A stretch of DNA of 63,914 nt, filler included, from Rhabdomonas costata (Eukaryota), in NCBI GenBank assembly GCA_019059605.1. It is 36 parts of 36 records of this genome, joined end to end, with 100 filler letters (N's around TTAATTAATTAA, not from the genome) between each part and the next. Parts side by side here need not be neighbours in the genome. Positions count along the whole stretch, not along the records: positions 1 to 1,679 come from JAHMHO010010766.1; positions 1,780 to 3,461 come from JAHMHO010010767.1; positions 3,562 to 5,239 come from JAHMHO010010768.1; positions 5,340 to 7,017 come from JAHMHO010010769.1; positions 7,118 to 8,796 come from JAHMHO010010770.1; positions 8,897 to 10,576 come from JAHMHO010010771.1; positions 10,677 to 12,355 come from JAHMHO010010772.1; 29 more parts are not named here. One strand, written 5' to 3'. A program made the translations under genes and the position numbers. Shown one piece after another: positions 1-11,709 of the stretch. The notes beneath the pieces were generated by a model, which was not told the origin of the DNA, searched no databases, and saw only the letters and a program-made list of their open reading frames with translations. The first letter of the stretch is position 1. Each line of letters begins with the position of its first letter.

Positions 1-1679
1 GTGTGGGTGTCAACCTGTACCATTGCGGTGGCTGCCATCACTCTCAACATGTCAGCGTAGTATCAGCGCAATGGTACAGGTTGACATCCATCACCAAAAT
101 CAGCGTGTGGGCTCCTGCGTCTGGAAGTGCATCGGTTACAACCTGACACCCATTGGTAGAGATGTGGTAGAATTCGTAAATCACTCATCACCCTAAGGTG
201 GGCATTGCTTATATCAAGTATAACTACGTCACCTAACTTGCATCTATGTGTCGGTCTCTGAGACATCCACTTCGCACCGTTAGCTACCTTGTATTTGGTG
301 CAGCATCATTCATGGCTACATCCTTCACATGGCTACTGTAGCTGTGGCTGTAGCTAGCATCACCTCTGCACCATCATCCTCTATCATCCTCTGTGGGTTG
401 GCTGGTACTACCTCTGTACCACCACCACCAACATGCGTATAGTTGGCCACCATATTTTGGTGAGGCATACTGTGCGCTACCACCACGTTGGATGGATGTG
501 GCTGGGTTGAGCCTTGTCCTGACCTTCTAGATTCCTCCGCTGGGTATACCGGTCATATCGGTCACGTGGATTAGGCGACTACAGACATCACCTGTTTCCC
601 AACGTGGCATAGACCGATCGTGGTACTCCGCATGGGATCGTCCAACTTAAACGCATAACTCAAACAAAAACGTTCAACTGACACCATGGGCACGTCCCAC
701 TCAGTCTCACTGCATATCGCATTTGTATTGTATGTTGAGACAGTGCGTTGATCAAGCGTTGCCGTCAAAGCGGATCCGGTGACTTGGTCATCTTGGACTG
801 GGCGGTCTGGATTTTCTGACCTGCTCTTTACGATTCATGTCGAGGTCGTTGTTCACCATCATCTGCCATTGCTCACGGCGTTTGCTGTTCACCTTCTTCG
901 GGTAGTAGTAGGTGATTTCAGCTTGGACCCTCACCTCCTGACCCACGCGCTGACACCACATGCACGACCTCCACCTCCACCTCAGCAATACACACTGACC
1001 CTTACCCTCATCTCTGACCATGACCCTCACATCCAACCCCACTACAGACCTTACCACTCCATACGACTTACGTGCCAATCACACGTCAACCCCACGCACA
1101 CTCCCACGTCAGGCACACACCATCAGACCTCCTCACGCACATACCACCCAGTACACACCTTTTATCCTCCACATTTATCTTCCCGACACAAGCAACACAC
1201 TCACTATATCACACACAATGCACCACTACCCTCCGACGACTGATGCTGCGACTCACCACATGCAACACACCATAAACGCAAGACCCTCAACCCACTACAC
1301 CCTCCACACTCTCCATAAAGACACCATCCGAACAAACCTAGCACACACATCCAACACCCAGACACTCCAATCGACACTCCATCACGACCCACGCATCGAC
1401 TCTTTACCATCCACGCAACACTGACACCTCCCCTCGAAACGAAAGATCCACCCACCACCATGACCACCACATCCCCGCACGTGACACCGTAAACCCAGAC
1501 CCAAACCTTTCAAAAATCACCCCCTAAACCCGCGCATTCAATCACCGACCATATGCAACCACCTGACCACAACCTCTGATTATCTCACCCTCTCATTGAC
1601 CCACCATCCGACCCCAAAACCACACCATCATGTCAATCCCACACACAAACTCCAGTGACACTCCAACCCACCCACACTC

Positions 1680-1779
1680 NNNNNNNNNNNNNNNNNNNNN
1701 NNNNNNNNNNNNNNNNNNNNNNNTTAATTAATTAANNNNNNNNNNNNNNNNNNNNNNNNNNNNNNNNNNNNNNNNNNNN
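1680..1779. other. Artificial contig spacer (44 N + TTAATTAATTAA + 44 N), first of 35 copies
   Basis: The same 100-nt spacer, with stops in all six frames, starts at 1680, 3462, 5240, 7018, 8797, 10577, 12356, 14136, 15915, 17694, 19473, 21252, 23029, 24808, 26586, 28365, 30144, 31923, 33702, 35481, 37258, 39036, 40812, 42588, 44367, 46138, 47916, 49694, 51473, 53250, 55026, 56804, 58581, 60359 and 62137. The contigs between them are 1671-1682 nt. Confidence 0.99.
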
Positions 1780-2426
1780 TTTTTGGCGGGCGAAACTGCG
1801 GCGTTTCTGTAGGGGAGAGCCCTGGACTCCGGCAGAACGATCCCATGAGACCTACGGATACTATGAAGAAGGAAAGAAAAAGGATACTAAAATCGCAAGT
1901 AATTCATCATCTTTCATGGCCAATAATGCGACAAAAAGGGCCCTTGGACAGAAAGTTTCGGGTTTTTTTCTGGGGCTTTTTGCTGTGGAGAGGATTTGTT
2001 AAATTCGGCTCTATCGGAACTTTCACGTTTTTCGGTCGGCCGCAGGTTTTTACCCGTTAAAAAAGACTCCCTCTCGAGAACCACTTCTGGGTTTATACTT
2101 ATGGAAACTTTCACCGGTAGGGAATCGCGCGTTCAACCCGGGAAGATTGAAAGAAGAAATAAGGACCCAAAGGAAAAAAGCACGCCGGCTAATTCCAAGA
2201 CCGGTCTCGCCGGTGAGCGGCTTTGATTTTAGGGAGCTAAGAAGGAGGGACCAGAAAACCAGAGGGAATTTTCAAAAAAGCGCCCGAAAACTTCCACAAG
2301 GCACGTACGCACGACCAGGGGCGAAACATGGGAAAAAAATTAAAAGGAACAAAATGATGTCCATACTAAATAGTCGGTCTCGGCAGTCCCCGACGCTTTT
2401 TTTTTTTTGAAAAATCCGGCGCTTAC

Positions 2427-2483
2427 GGGGTGCAAAGGTGCTGGTTCCCGCGCTATGGAAGTGCCATAAGCCAAGTCTGCCAT
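2427..2483 (-). CDS. Possible first coding exon of an unknown gene (MADLAYGTSIAREPAPLHP)
   Basis: ATG at 2483, open to a GTAAGC donor, downstream of a (CT)n tract on the minus strand. No family recognised. Confidence 0.25.
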
Positions 2484-2527
2484 TGTGTTCGTTTTTTTTG
2501 CCTGTTTTCTTTGGTAGCAGCGAGCGG

Positions 2528-2529
<2 letters not shown>

Positions 2530-2568
<39 letters not shown>
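2530..2568. repeat. (GA)n microsatellite
   Basis: About 19 perfect GA units, seen directly. Confidence 0.95.
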
Positions 2569-2573
<5 letters not shown>

Positions 2574-3266
2574 AGGGGCGCGCAAGAGAGGAACTTCTTG
2601 AAAACGACGGGAACCAGAGAGTGGATGGGTGAAAAAATCGGGGGGCAAATTGTCCGAAGGAAGCGGCCGGCGACGGAAGAGAAAGCCGCAGAGCAATCGA
2701 GGCAGTTTTGGATGATGGGAAAAGGTCGACACCGCGGCATTCGAACCGTAACCCATAGAGTTCTAAAGCCGTGTGGGGGTTCATCCGTGCCCTTGTGATG
2801 GTGCAGTGGATGTTGCAGTCATTGTGTTGCATTGCTACCGAGGAAGAAGTGGACTTGAGCCGCAGCTAAAAAAAAGAAAAAGGAGTTACATGGTTGCAGC
2901 GGATGGAGAAAGGTATCACATCGCGTTGAACTGAAGAAGAATTGACTTAGACTACAAAGTTTGCATGGTGAGCAGTAGGAAAAGGTGAGCCGTTAGGTGA
3001 TCGGACTTCGGTTGTGGAGTACACCTCCGTCCTAGCAGGGGAGGGTGTAACGGCTCAGGACAGTTAGGTATCACGTTTGCAAGAGAAGTTGTTTCGTGAC
3101 AGCTAGGTGGTTTTGAAAGAGATTCCGTAAGGGAATGTTGAGCTCAGAGCGGGCTTTACAGGCTCTGTGTCTTTGTACAAAACAGCATTTGCATTGACTG
3201 AAAGACAGCTTAGAGCTGAACTGTTGCAGATTTTGTTTGTGAGAGAGAAAGAGAGAGAGAAAGAGA

Positions 3267-3433
3267 AGAGAGAATCAGTGAAATCAATGAGGTGCCGATA
3301 TGAAGTGTTCTCAAGTTGAAGTTGCAAAGAGGCAGCAAAGCTGAAGCTCAAGAGCTTAGCTTTGCTGCCTCTTTGCAACTTCAACTTGAGAACACTTCAT
3401 ATCGGCACCTCATTGATTTCACTGATTCTCTCT
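3267..3433. repeat. Near-perfect 167-nt palindrome (hairpin)
   Basis: 3267-3342 is the exact reverse complement of 3358-3433. The centre is g-AAGCTC-aa-GAGCTT. Confidence 0.95.
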
Positions 3434-3733
3434 CCCTTACTCTTCCCCGTATATAATTTCANNNNNNNNNNNNNNNNNNNNNNNNNNNNNNNNNNNNNNN
3501 NNNNNTTAATTAATTAANNNNNNNNNNNNNNNNNNNNNNNNNNNNNNNNNNNNNNNNNNNNGTGGGGGGGTGAGAGAATGGGGTTGGGGTCTGAGTTACC
3601 GTCTGGAAATAGGAAGGGAGAGATTGAAAACCGCTGTTCGTTTCGGCTTGGCGTTGAAGGGGAGCGCCGGGTGATCTGAAGACCTCTGCACAGTGTCATT
3701 TTTTATGGTTGACCCATTTCCCACTGGATTCAG

Positions 3734-4870
3734 GACCGTACTCCGCGCTGCACGGCAGTGCAGCCAGCGCGGGGGGCCGCAACCCGCTGTCCTCGTCCGC
3801 GATGGCACAGCAGCAGGTCGTGCTGAACATTAGCGCGGATCGCACCTCCACCACCACGGCCAGCGGGCTCCCTGCTCTCTCGGCCTCTACCCCGCCCCGT
3901 GCCAAGGTCTGTACACTATCTCAAAGGAGGGATAAAGTAAGAATACACGCTTCAGAGGCAGAGCCAACGTCTTATCTTCTTTTCGTCTCATCGTACAAAC
4001 GCACAAACACACACATCAGTTGTTGGCACTTGGGGGGCGTTATGAGAGTTCCAACGAAGGCGGATTCTTGTCAAGCCAACAAAGCACTAAATTCGCCCAA
4101 AAAGAGGGGGCGGGGGCAAACATACCTAAGAAAAGGCCTCTTACGCAACCACAAACCAGAGCATTTCGGCCACTCCGATGCCAACACGACGTTCTTCTAG
4201 CCTCTTGTTTTGGTTTGCTAACCATGCTCGGCCGAGTGCTTAAGCTCTGTACGCAGGCATACAAAGGTCCAAAAAGGCCATCACAGGTTCTTGAAAATGA
4301 GGTCGAATGTCGAAAAGTCCCGAAGAGGAATCTTGAAGCTACCTTAACCGGGCGTAAAGATTCAGCCACAGGCTGGAAAATTGTCCGGAAACTTAAGGAG
4401 AACAACCATCCCCCCAACCCAGACCAAATAACCGTGCTTATGGCCCCCATCAAAGTCGAATAAACCTCATCTTGAGGCGCGTGTATCACTCCCTCACCCC
4501 CTGCAAGGCTAAATAAATATACTCATCTTGGGCAGTTGCAGCGCCCCATAAATCCCCTGCGAGACCAAAGAACCTCTCCTCGGGACATGCTCAACGCCCT
4601 AACCCATATTCCTCCGTCGTATACACATTTTTCACCGCTGCCTTTGTTTGCAAGCACTCCCTCCAGTCTGCTTCTGAAATGCTGTGACATTTTGCGTGGT
4701 TATGAAGCTGGGAGGGGGGGAACTCCGCAGCTGTACACTGTTATGGGCTCTTCGGAGGTGGGGTACGATGTGTTCTTCTTCGCACTGATCGTGTACTACT
4801 GCTATCGGCATTTCGCGGGGTACCAGAGCTACAAGAAGATCCACTGCACCAAGCAGGACCGTGGATACCG
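3734..4870 (+). CDS. Hypothetical protein with a hydrophobic segment, 2 internal exons (3734-3906, 4731-4870)
   Basis: Both exons are AG/GT bounded and join in phase 0 (..PPRAK|LYTVMGSSEVGYDVFFFALIVYYCYRHF..). Codons are GC3-rich. Confidence 0.45.
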
Positions 4871-5809
4871 GTGTGGTGACAGTGTGTATGTGTGCCGTCG
4901 CCGCCGCAAGTTTGCGTTAGAGAGCTTCCCCTTCCATCTTCTCTTTTCCCCTTCCCTCGATGCTGTGTTATTTTTGGTGAGCAGTTTAGTTTCCAGGTGC
5001 CCTGCTTTCCCCTCCAGGGGCAAGCAAAAGGCGGTGTGCTGCAACGACTTAACACAAAAAACAGCATTAAGCAAAAGGTGTGCAGTTGACATTCATTTTC
5101 AGCGGAATGTGCAGCCGGTAGGCTCGCCAACCAGCCCTTTCTTGGAGTCAAGTGGGTTCCAATGGCAAGGGCTTCCCCCGGGCCGCATTCGAAGTGCACC
5201 TGGGACCGAAGATCCAAGCTTTACTTTCAAGGAACACAANNNNNNNNNNNNNNNNNNNNNNNNNNNNNNNNNNNNNNNNNNNNTTAATTAATTAANNNNN
5301 NNNNNNNNNNNNNNNNNNNNNNNNNNNNNNNNNNNNNNNTGTGGTGGGTGTGGTTGGGGTGGTTTTTATTCCGAAATCTATTGCCAATTATTCCTTTCCC
5401 CCTTTTCACATATTCACAGAGGAGCGCTATTTTAAGGGTTGTGAACCATATACAGGTGCTGGGTGACCGTCTCAGGCCATCTTGCTGAACGGCACTCCTT
5501 TTCGAGGCTCCATTCGGCGGCGAAACACAAACGACGGTATCCCATCCATAATGATATGGGCGGGAATGCGTTGGAGTGAAGGTGCAAGTGCGAATGTGGG
5601 CAGCGGTTAATCTAGCAAAACAAATGCAAATAGCATTTTCACATGGAGAAAAGCATTACGACTTGGGGCAACCACATTCTATTCCTTTTGGTTTTTTTCT
5701 TTGTTCGTTCACGTTGTTTACGTACGAATAGAAAAGCGCCGCCCGTCTACACGAGGGTAAGCCCTAAGCGACACACAGGCGACAGTGTTGCACCCACAAC
5801 CAAACAGAC

Positions 5810-6605
5810 CAGAGCTGCCATATCCTCCACCTCCTCGACTAAACCGTCGTAGACCAAGCAGTTCACGAGGGCCTGCAGTCAAAAGCCATCCCAAATGTGT
5901 GCGTGCGTGCGTGGTTGTTTAAATGTTTATTTGTTTGTTTCTGTTAAGGGCTATTTGCAGTGTGTGTATGCGTGTGTTGGGCGCACAGCGACTCTGCGCA
6001 AAAGGGTTGCGGCTCCCTGCCCTCCCACCGCAGACATCGACCTGGACATCCTGCTCGTACAGGGTCACCGTGGAGATCTCCGAGGTGGCGATCCACTCCA
6101 CCAGCGCCTTTGTGCTGCAGGACCTCTGACAAGCACATCCACATAAGCGATGCGCAACCCGATCCAACTCAACCCAGGCAGGCCCTGCGCACCCGAACCT
6201 GCATATGCACCCGCCCAACAAACCGATATTGGTGGTGGGGACATTCTCCGTTTTAAGCGACCTTTTGAAGCAAAAAAATCCAAAATGAATATGGCAAAAT
6301 TAGACTATGACGATGGGGCTGCACGAAGGTGATCTTGAGGGGTGGGTCTGATCGGAAAGGCAGGATACGGAAGTGAGTAAAATATTGATGCAAATATTCT
6401 TTGGGTCACAACCGGCTCCCAGGGTCCCGAGTCCTCCTTCTCCCCCTCCCCCCCATACCATTTCCTTTATCCTGCGCAGGCACTGGTGCTGAAGGACCTT
6501 CACCATCTCCACGTCATACTCGCCGGACTCGGTGTACCACGTGCCTCCCGTGACCTGAACCGAGGGCTCCAGCTCGGCCAGCATGTACACCTTCTGCATC
6601 CGGTT
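5810..6605 (-). CDS. POLR3F: RNA polymerase III subunit RPC6/C34, partial (exons 6459-6605, 6042-6125, 5810-5872)
   Basis: The spliced peptide NRMQKVYMLAELEPSVQVTGGTWYTESGEYDVEMVKVLQHQCLRRIKEM|RSCSTKALVEWIATSEISTVTLYEQDVQ|ALVNCLVYDGLVEE matches the RPC34 motifs KVYML..L.P...VTGG.WY and L.YDG.VE. All junctions are GT-AG, phase 0. Confidence 0.88.
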
Positions 6606-7379
6606 CTGGGAAGCCAAGAAAACGAAAACCCTAACCCCAAAATTTGGTTCTCATTTAGCATCGGGGTTGTATGTCTGCGTTAGAGCTGAAATCTGAGTTT
6701 GAGCTGCTCACATCACAACGTAGGGAAGCAGAGAAGCAGAACCATTGCCTTCACGTTGCTTGCCGGAGTTCTTCGATGGGTGACATACTGAATGAAACCA
6801 ATCCAAGCTTGCCCAGTCTGAACCGGTCCTCGGATACATGGGAGAGGATGAAGATACATTTGAAAGTGCACAGCACATAGCCATGGACCAGAAGCCGAAA
6901 AAAAGAAAGGGTCCGAAGGTCCGAAGGCAACCACCGACCCATACCACTGCAGTCCCACTGCAGTCTCTGCGGACGCACACTTAAGCGTATGGAATTATGG
7001 TTCTCTCCAACACCACCNNNNNNNNNNNNNNNNNNNNNNNNNNNNNNNNNNNNNNNNNNNNTTAATTAATTAANNNNNNNNNNNNNNNNNNNNNNNNNNN
7101 NNNNNNNNNNNNNNNNNTGTGGTGGGTGTGGTTGGGTTTTGTGGTACGTCGGCACACATCTGGTGGTGGTGGTGGTAGGCTTGATGTCATCCATCACCAC
7201 ATGCTGGCCTCGCCGATCTCACCGTCCATCTCTTGCTGTTGTGAATGTGGAGCCGCGACCACAGCCACCAGTGATGATTGATGGATCATTAGGATCATTC
7301 CTGGACTGGGTTTGGGGGGGGGGACCTGAATGGGTTCGTACGGTGTCCGTGAATCGGGACTCGTTGTCGCATCTTGCAG

Positions 7380-8531
7380 GACTCCAGTGGGGTTTCGCGG
7401 GACTCCATCACCGCCTTCCCCCCCACCTTTGGCGTCACCTCGTTGTACGCCGTCAGCGCGGTGCGGGTGTACCCCTCTCCAAACTGGGGTTGCGTGACCT
7501 CCGTGCAGTGGACCCCACAAGGTCAGCAGCGCTGCTTTCTGGCTCACCCATTCTCGGCTTGGTCATGCGTCTCCCCCCGCCCCCCTGCTCTCCCCAATGT
7601 TTGCCTTTGGATTTCTTGGGCCACAAACTGTAGTGAACCGTTCTAGTGAACGACTGCAAGCTCTCTTTGCTATATTTTCTCTTGCTGCCCAGGAAGTTTG
7701 TACATTGTCTCCCAAAAAAATGTGGCCTTCCTGATGTTCATGTACAATCGTCATTACAATTGTAAAACGACTGGAATGTTATTGAGTCAGAGGTGATTTC
7801 GGTTTAGATTCCCGCATCCTTTCCTTTGCCTTGTTTATGAATTTGAATCACGACCACACCCCAGGGGGCTGCGCGGACTCCGCTTCGGCTTCGCCGCAGT
7901 GCGACAGCCCCTCATCCGACTGCTGCGGGTCTGACTGTATGTTCGCTCCCAACACCACGATCTGCCGTAACGCCGTCGGGCCCTGCGATCTGCCGGAATA
8001 CTGGTGTGCCCTCACACTTAACCGATGGATTGGGGGTTGGCACTCCCAGCTCATTCCCCGCGATCCATGGGAGCAGGGACCTCAACCCCGCTGCCCCAAC
8101 TGGCGTCGTGGGTGGGGTAGGGATACCATTGGTATTTGATTCAAGTGGATACCGGTTCAGCTTACCAGTACAGTCATGTACCTTTGGTGCACGTACAATC
8201 TGGGGGTGATTTTACGTCATGGACCGTTAACTGGGAACTATTTTCGTTTTGAGCCATTAATTGAAAAGTGATTTAAATTGATTGCCCCCAGAGGACGCCC
8301 AGATTCCTCTGGGAGTCGACCAGCATCTTCGAATTCCAGAGGCAGAGGCAGCCAGAGGCACAGAGGAGTCGTTCAGCAGTCACTGCCTGCCCCATCACAC
8401 ATAAATGCGCATGCTGTCTTCGCCTGCCCTGCAGCACGGGGAGCAGTGCGGCATGCCCCCCTGACCGTGTGTCACCGGGTGGCAACACCACCGTGTGCCG
8501 CGCTGCCGCCGCAACCTGTGACGTCACGGAG
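7380..8531 (+). CDS. Disintegrin-like Cys-rich repeat protein, partial (exons 7380-7521, 7865-8003, 8435-8531)
   Basis: Spliced ..CDSPSSDCCGSDCMFAPNTTICRNAVGPCDLPEYC|TGSSAACPPD..TVCRAAAATCDVTE carries the disintegrin signature CR....CD..EYC.G.S..CP.D. The Cys codon is rebuilt across the intron (TG|C). Confidence 0.8.
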
Positions 8532-8583
8532 GTGCGTTGTGCAACTTCGCTGTGCTGTGCTGTGCGGCGCCCCAACCCTGGGC

Positions 8584-8790
8584 TTGTGGACTCAGGGTCG
8601 ACATGTGAGGAACTCTGGAAAATTGTATCTTATGCCTTTCGGTTTGACCATCCAGAGGCGCAGATGTGAGTGAGTGGGAGATGGATGCATCGGTGCATCG
8701 TTCACCACGTCTGCGCCTCTGGATGGTCAAACCGAAAGGCATAAGATACAATTTTCCAGAGTTCCTCACATGTCGACCCTGAGTCCACAA
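8584..8790. repeat. Inverted repeat with 81-bp perfect arms (8584-8664 / 8710-8790)
   Basis: The arms are exact reverse complements. The inner region is imperfectly self-complementary, and the right arm runs into the contig end. Confidence 0.95.
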
Positions 8791-8896
8791 ACCCCCNNNN
8801 NNNNNNNNNNNNNNNNNNNNNNNNNNNNNNNNNNNNNNNNTTAATTAATTAANNNNNNNNNNNNNNNNNNNNNNNNNNNNNNNNNNNNNNNNNNNN

Positions 8897-9163
8897 GGGT
8901 GGGGATGCCAAGCTGCTGGAATTGAGCATGAGCGAGGAGCTCAGAGGGTTGCTGGTGGTGCAGCGGAGCAGCCGACTGGAGGAGGCTCAAGAGTGCGCTG
9001 GAAGCAGCTTAGGCAGCACGGCGCAGGCGCGGCAGGGCGAGCCTGTGGGGTACGACCAGTGCGGCGACGTGGCTTTCTTCGGCGCGGAGTACCGCCCCCC
9101 GGTGAGCCTGCTTCAGTTCCTGAGGCAGCTGGGGCAGGACACCTGGCAGTGGATCGTGCATGG
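8897..9163 (+). CDS. Exon of a hypothetical protein
   Basis: Open GC3-rich frame (..VAFFGAEYRPPVSLLQFLRQLGQDTWQWIVH) ending at a GTGTGG donor. No family recognised. Confidence 0.4.
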
Positions 9164-9974
9164 TGTGGTCCTGCCTTCTTCGCCGTGTGGCCACTTTCTT
9201 TGCCTGCTGAATTTCCCCAGTGCCCTCATTTTCCTTCCATAGCTTCTCATTTACGTTCGCTTTCTGTTCCTACTTCAAGAATAGTTTTATTGTATCCTTG
9301 AGCTTCTTACCCGGCTCATCTGCGATCCGATAGCTTCTGTTTGCACTGCAATTTGAAGCTTCTGCATCGCATGTATCTGTCTTGTGCTTGTATGGGTTTG
9401 GTTTAGCTGCTTTTTTCATTTTGCAATTTGATAGCTCTGCAGTAACGCTATGCATAAACGCATTCTCGAATTGTGAAAGTAGTGAATGCAGCATACCCCC
9501 GAACTCCCCGACGAATGAATGAAACCTCACAGCACCTCACGGCACTCGATCCCTGACCCAGAAAGTATGTGTCTGGGGGAGGATCGTGTTCCACTCCCCC
9601 AATTTCCCAAAAAAATAGGGTTCGAGAACCCGCGGATGGAGGCCATCCTTTGGGAAGCCCGGGTGCTGATCTGCTGGAAGGTGGCCCTTGGGGTGGCCGG
9701 AGAGGTACTCCCTGCACAACGGCTGTCACACGTTGACACCCCCGAACACCCACACCCACACACACACACACTGTCTGGCTGTCCTGCGTCCTGCAGCAGA
9801 GCAGGTTGGACCTCTGCCGACATTGCAGCGAGGAGTCCAAACCGGAGCGACAGGAGAGAAGGAAGACACACTTCGGACTAGGCAGCATGGTAAGGAGACC
9901 TGAGTGGCGGTGATAGCAGCAGCAGCAGCTCAGTGGAGATGGAAGGAGCGCGAGGAATGGCCCGAATATCCCCG

Positions 9975-10006
<32 letters not shown>

Positions 10007-10761
10007 TGCGGACTGGCCTCCGCCCTTGAAATGAAACTATACCACTCGTCCACCAGGCGGAACAGTTTGAGCCAGTTGAAGTAGTCAGCTAGAGTCAGCT
10101 AGAAAAGACCAAGAAATTGGGACAAAACAATCCAGTTTCACCCATGACCGTATAACAGCGCTACACCGTATCCTGTTCCGCCCCAAGGGCATCGTGCCTC
10201 AGAAAGGATCACAAAAGCGGCGCAACCTCGGTGGTGGCAGCACCAGCAGTGGCCTCAGCCGTGGCAGCACAACCAAGCCGACGTAAGTCCACAATATTCA
10301 TCGACGAAGTTACGATGGTGGTCTGAGCGACGTGCTTTTCTTTTGCCATTTTGCTCTTCATTTAGACGCAAGCCCGAGCCCGGAACATGGTAACCAGAAG
10401 AAATAGGAATTATGGAAACTTTATGTCTCCAAAACCGACCGTTGGCAGAGCATACCAGGTTCAGCGGTGGGGCAGTATCCCCTCCGTGCGCGAGCCTCGG
10501 CGGCAGAGACATCACCTGGCTCGGAGGGAAGCGGATCTAGCGCTGCTCTGAGAGAGCTGAGGGGAGCTGAGGGGTCNNNNNNNNNNNNNNNNNNNNNNNN
10601 NNNNNNNNNNNNNNNNNNNNTTAATTAATTAANNNNNNNNNNNNNNNNNNNNNNNNNNNNNNNNNNNNNNNNNNNNGGTTTTCCTCATCAACAGATAACA
10701 AGAGAAAGCCACCAGGTAATTTACATCCGAAACGAAAGCTGGTTGCCGCCCATCGGCACAC

Positions 10762-11709
10762 CTCAAGGACAGGTGGACGCCCTTGACGGCCCAGGGTACC
10801 TAGAATCAATCCGAACACTTTTGCAGTGGAGGCCTCGTCGATCGCCGCACTGGGAAAAAGTGGAGAAACGTGACCGGTCCTCACCTTGTTGCGCAAGCTC
10901 TCAGTTGAGGACAGATTCAAAAGCTTCCTTCCCCTCGCTTGAATATCAAAGCAAAGCAAAAGGCTGAAAATGCGGATAATGAAACCGCCAAGACCGCGAA
11001 AGTCTCGCAGCGCTTTCGACTCGGACGATCCAAAAAAATCCAACTGAACAAACAGTGGTAATGGGCTGAACGTGGAGCACACTGACCGCCGAAGCTTCTT
11101 CATTCGGTTGTGGTCATACTCCTCGGTAGACAGCGTCTTCGTGTAGGGATCGTACCTGTGAATGAGGTCATCACGCAACGCCTCACTTCTTCCCTCAAAA
11201 TCTAAACGTGCGTGAGACCAAGAAGGTGCAACGCAACCAGGAGAATGGACTCGCTCGGTAAATTGCAGAAAACCTGGCTCCTTTTCCCCGAGGTGCGAAC
11301 GCAGAACAAGATGAGCCAGGTGACATTTCCCCACTCAAAATCAAGCGGTAGCCGGTCAAGCGGGCACACACTTGAAGGCCTTCAGGTGTGAGTTAGCGAT
11401 CATGAAGGACTCCAGGTGGAAGCGCCCGTCACCCAAAAAACTTTGACCCGAAAAGAAAGCGAGCAGAAAATACCCATGAAGTGCAATTTTAGCAGATGTG
11501 GAGGTGACAATGATTCTGTGCGCAGCTTTTCATTACCGAATATACTCGAACTGGTGATTTTTTGCCCGACCGAGGAATGAATCCTCCTGCTCTCTGTCGT
11601 AAACTCTTGCCTTCCGCACTGCCATGATTCTTGCAAGAAAAGGTAAGGCACGGGTCGCATACATCGCGGCGTCATGGGTGTCCATTCCAATCAAAGGAGA
11701 CGTGCAGCC
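10762..11709 (-). CDS. DPH1: Diphthamide biosynthesis protein 1, partial (exons 11663-11709, 11372-11440, 11087-11155, 10762-10849)
   Basis: Spliced GCTSP..DAAIFLGDGRFHLESFMIANSHLKAFKYDPYTKTLSTEEYDHNRMKKLRRAAIDEASTAKVFGLILGTLGRQG contains the DPH1 hallmarks GCTSP, GDGRFHLES, YDPY and GLILGTLGRQG. Phases are consistent. Confidence 0.95.

Noticed and set aside
779..1470. His/Thr/Pro-rich ORFs
   Set aside because: They are by-products of C/A strand skew, with overlapping open frames and no family motif.
2272..2832. ORFs with SLSLSL / ERERER runs
   Set aside because: They are translations of the (GA)n microsatellite.
5340..5370. G/T-rich contig ends as telomeres
   Set aside because: There is no fixed repeat unit, they occur on most contigs, and they are better explained by amplification primers.
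6033..6620. Plus-strand AG-bounded 'exons'
   Set aside because: They are the antisense shadow of RPC34, which splices cleanly on the minus strand.
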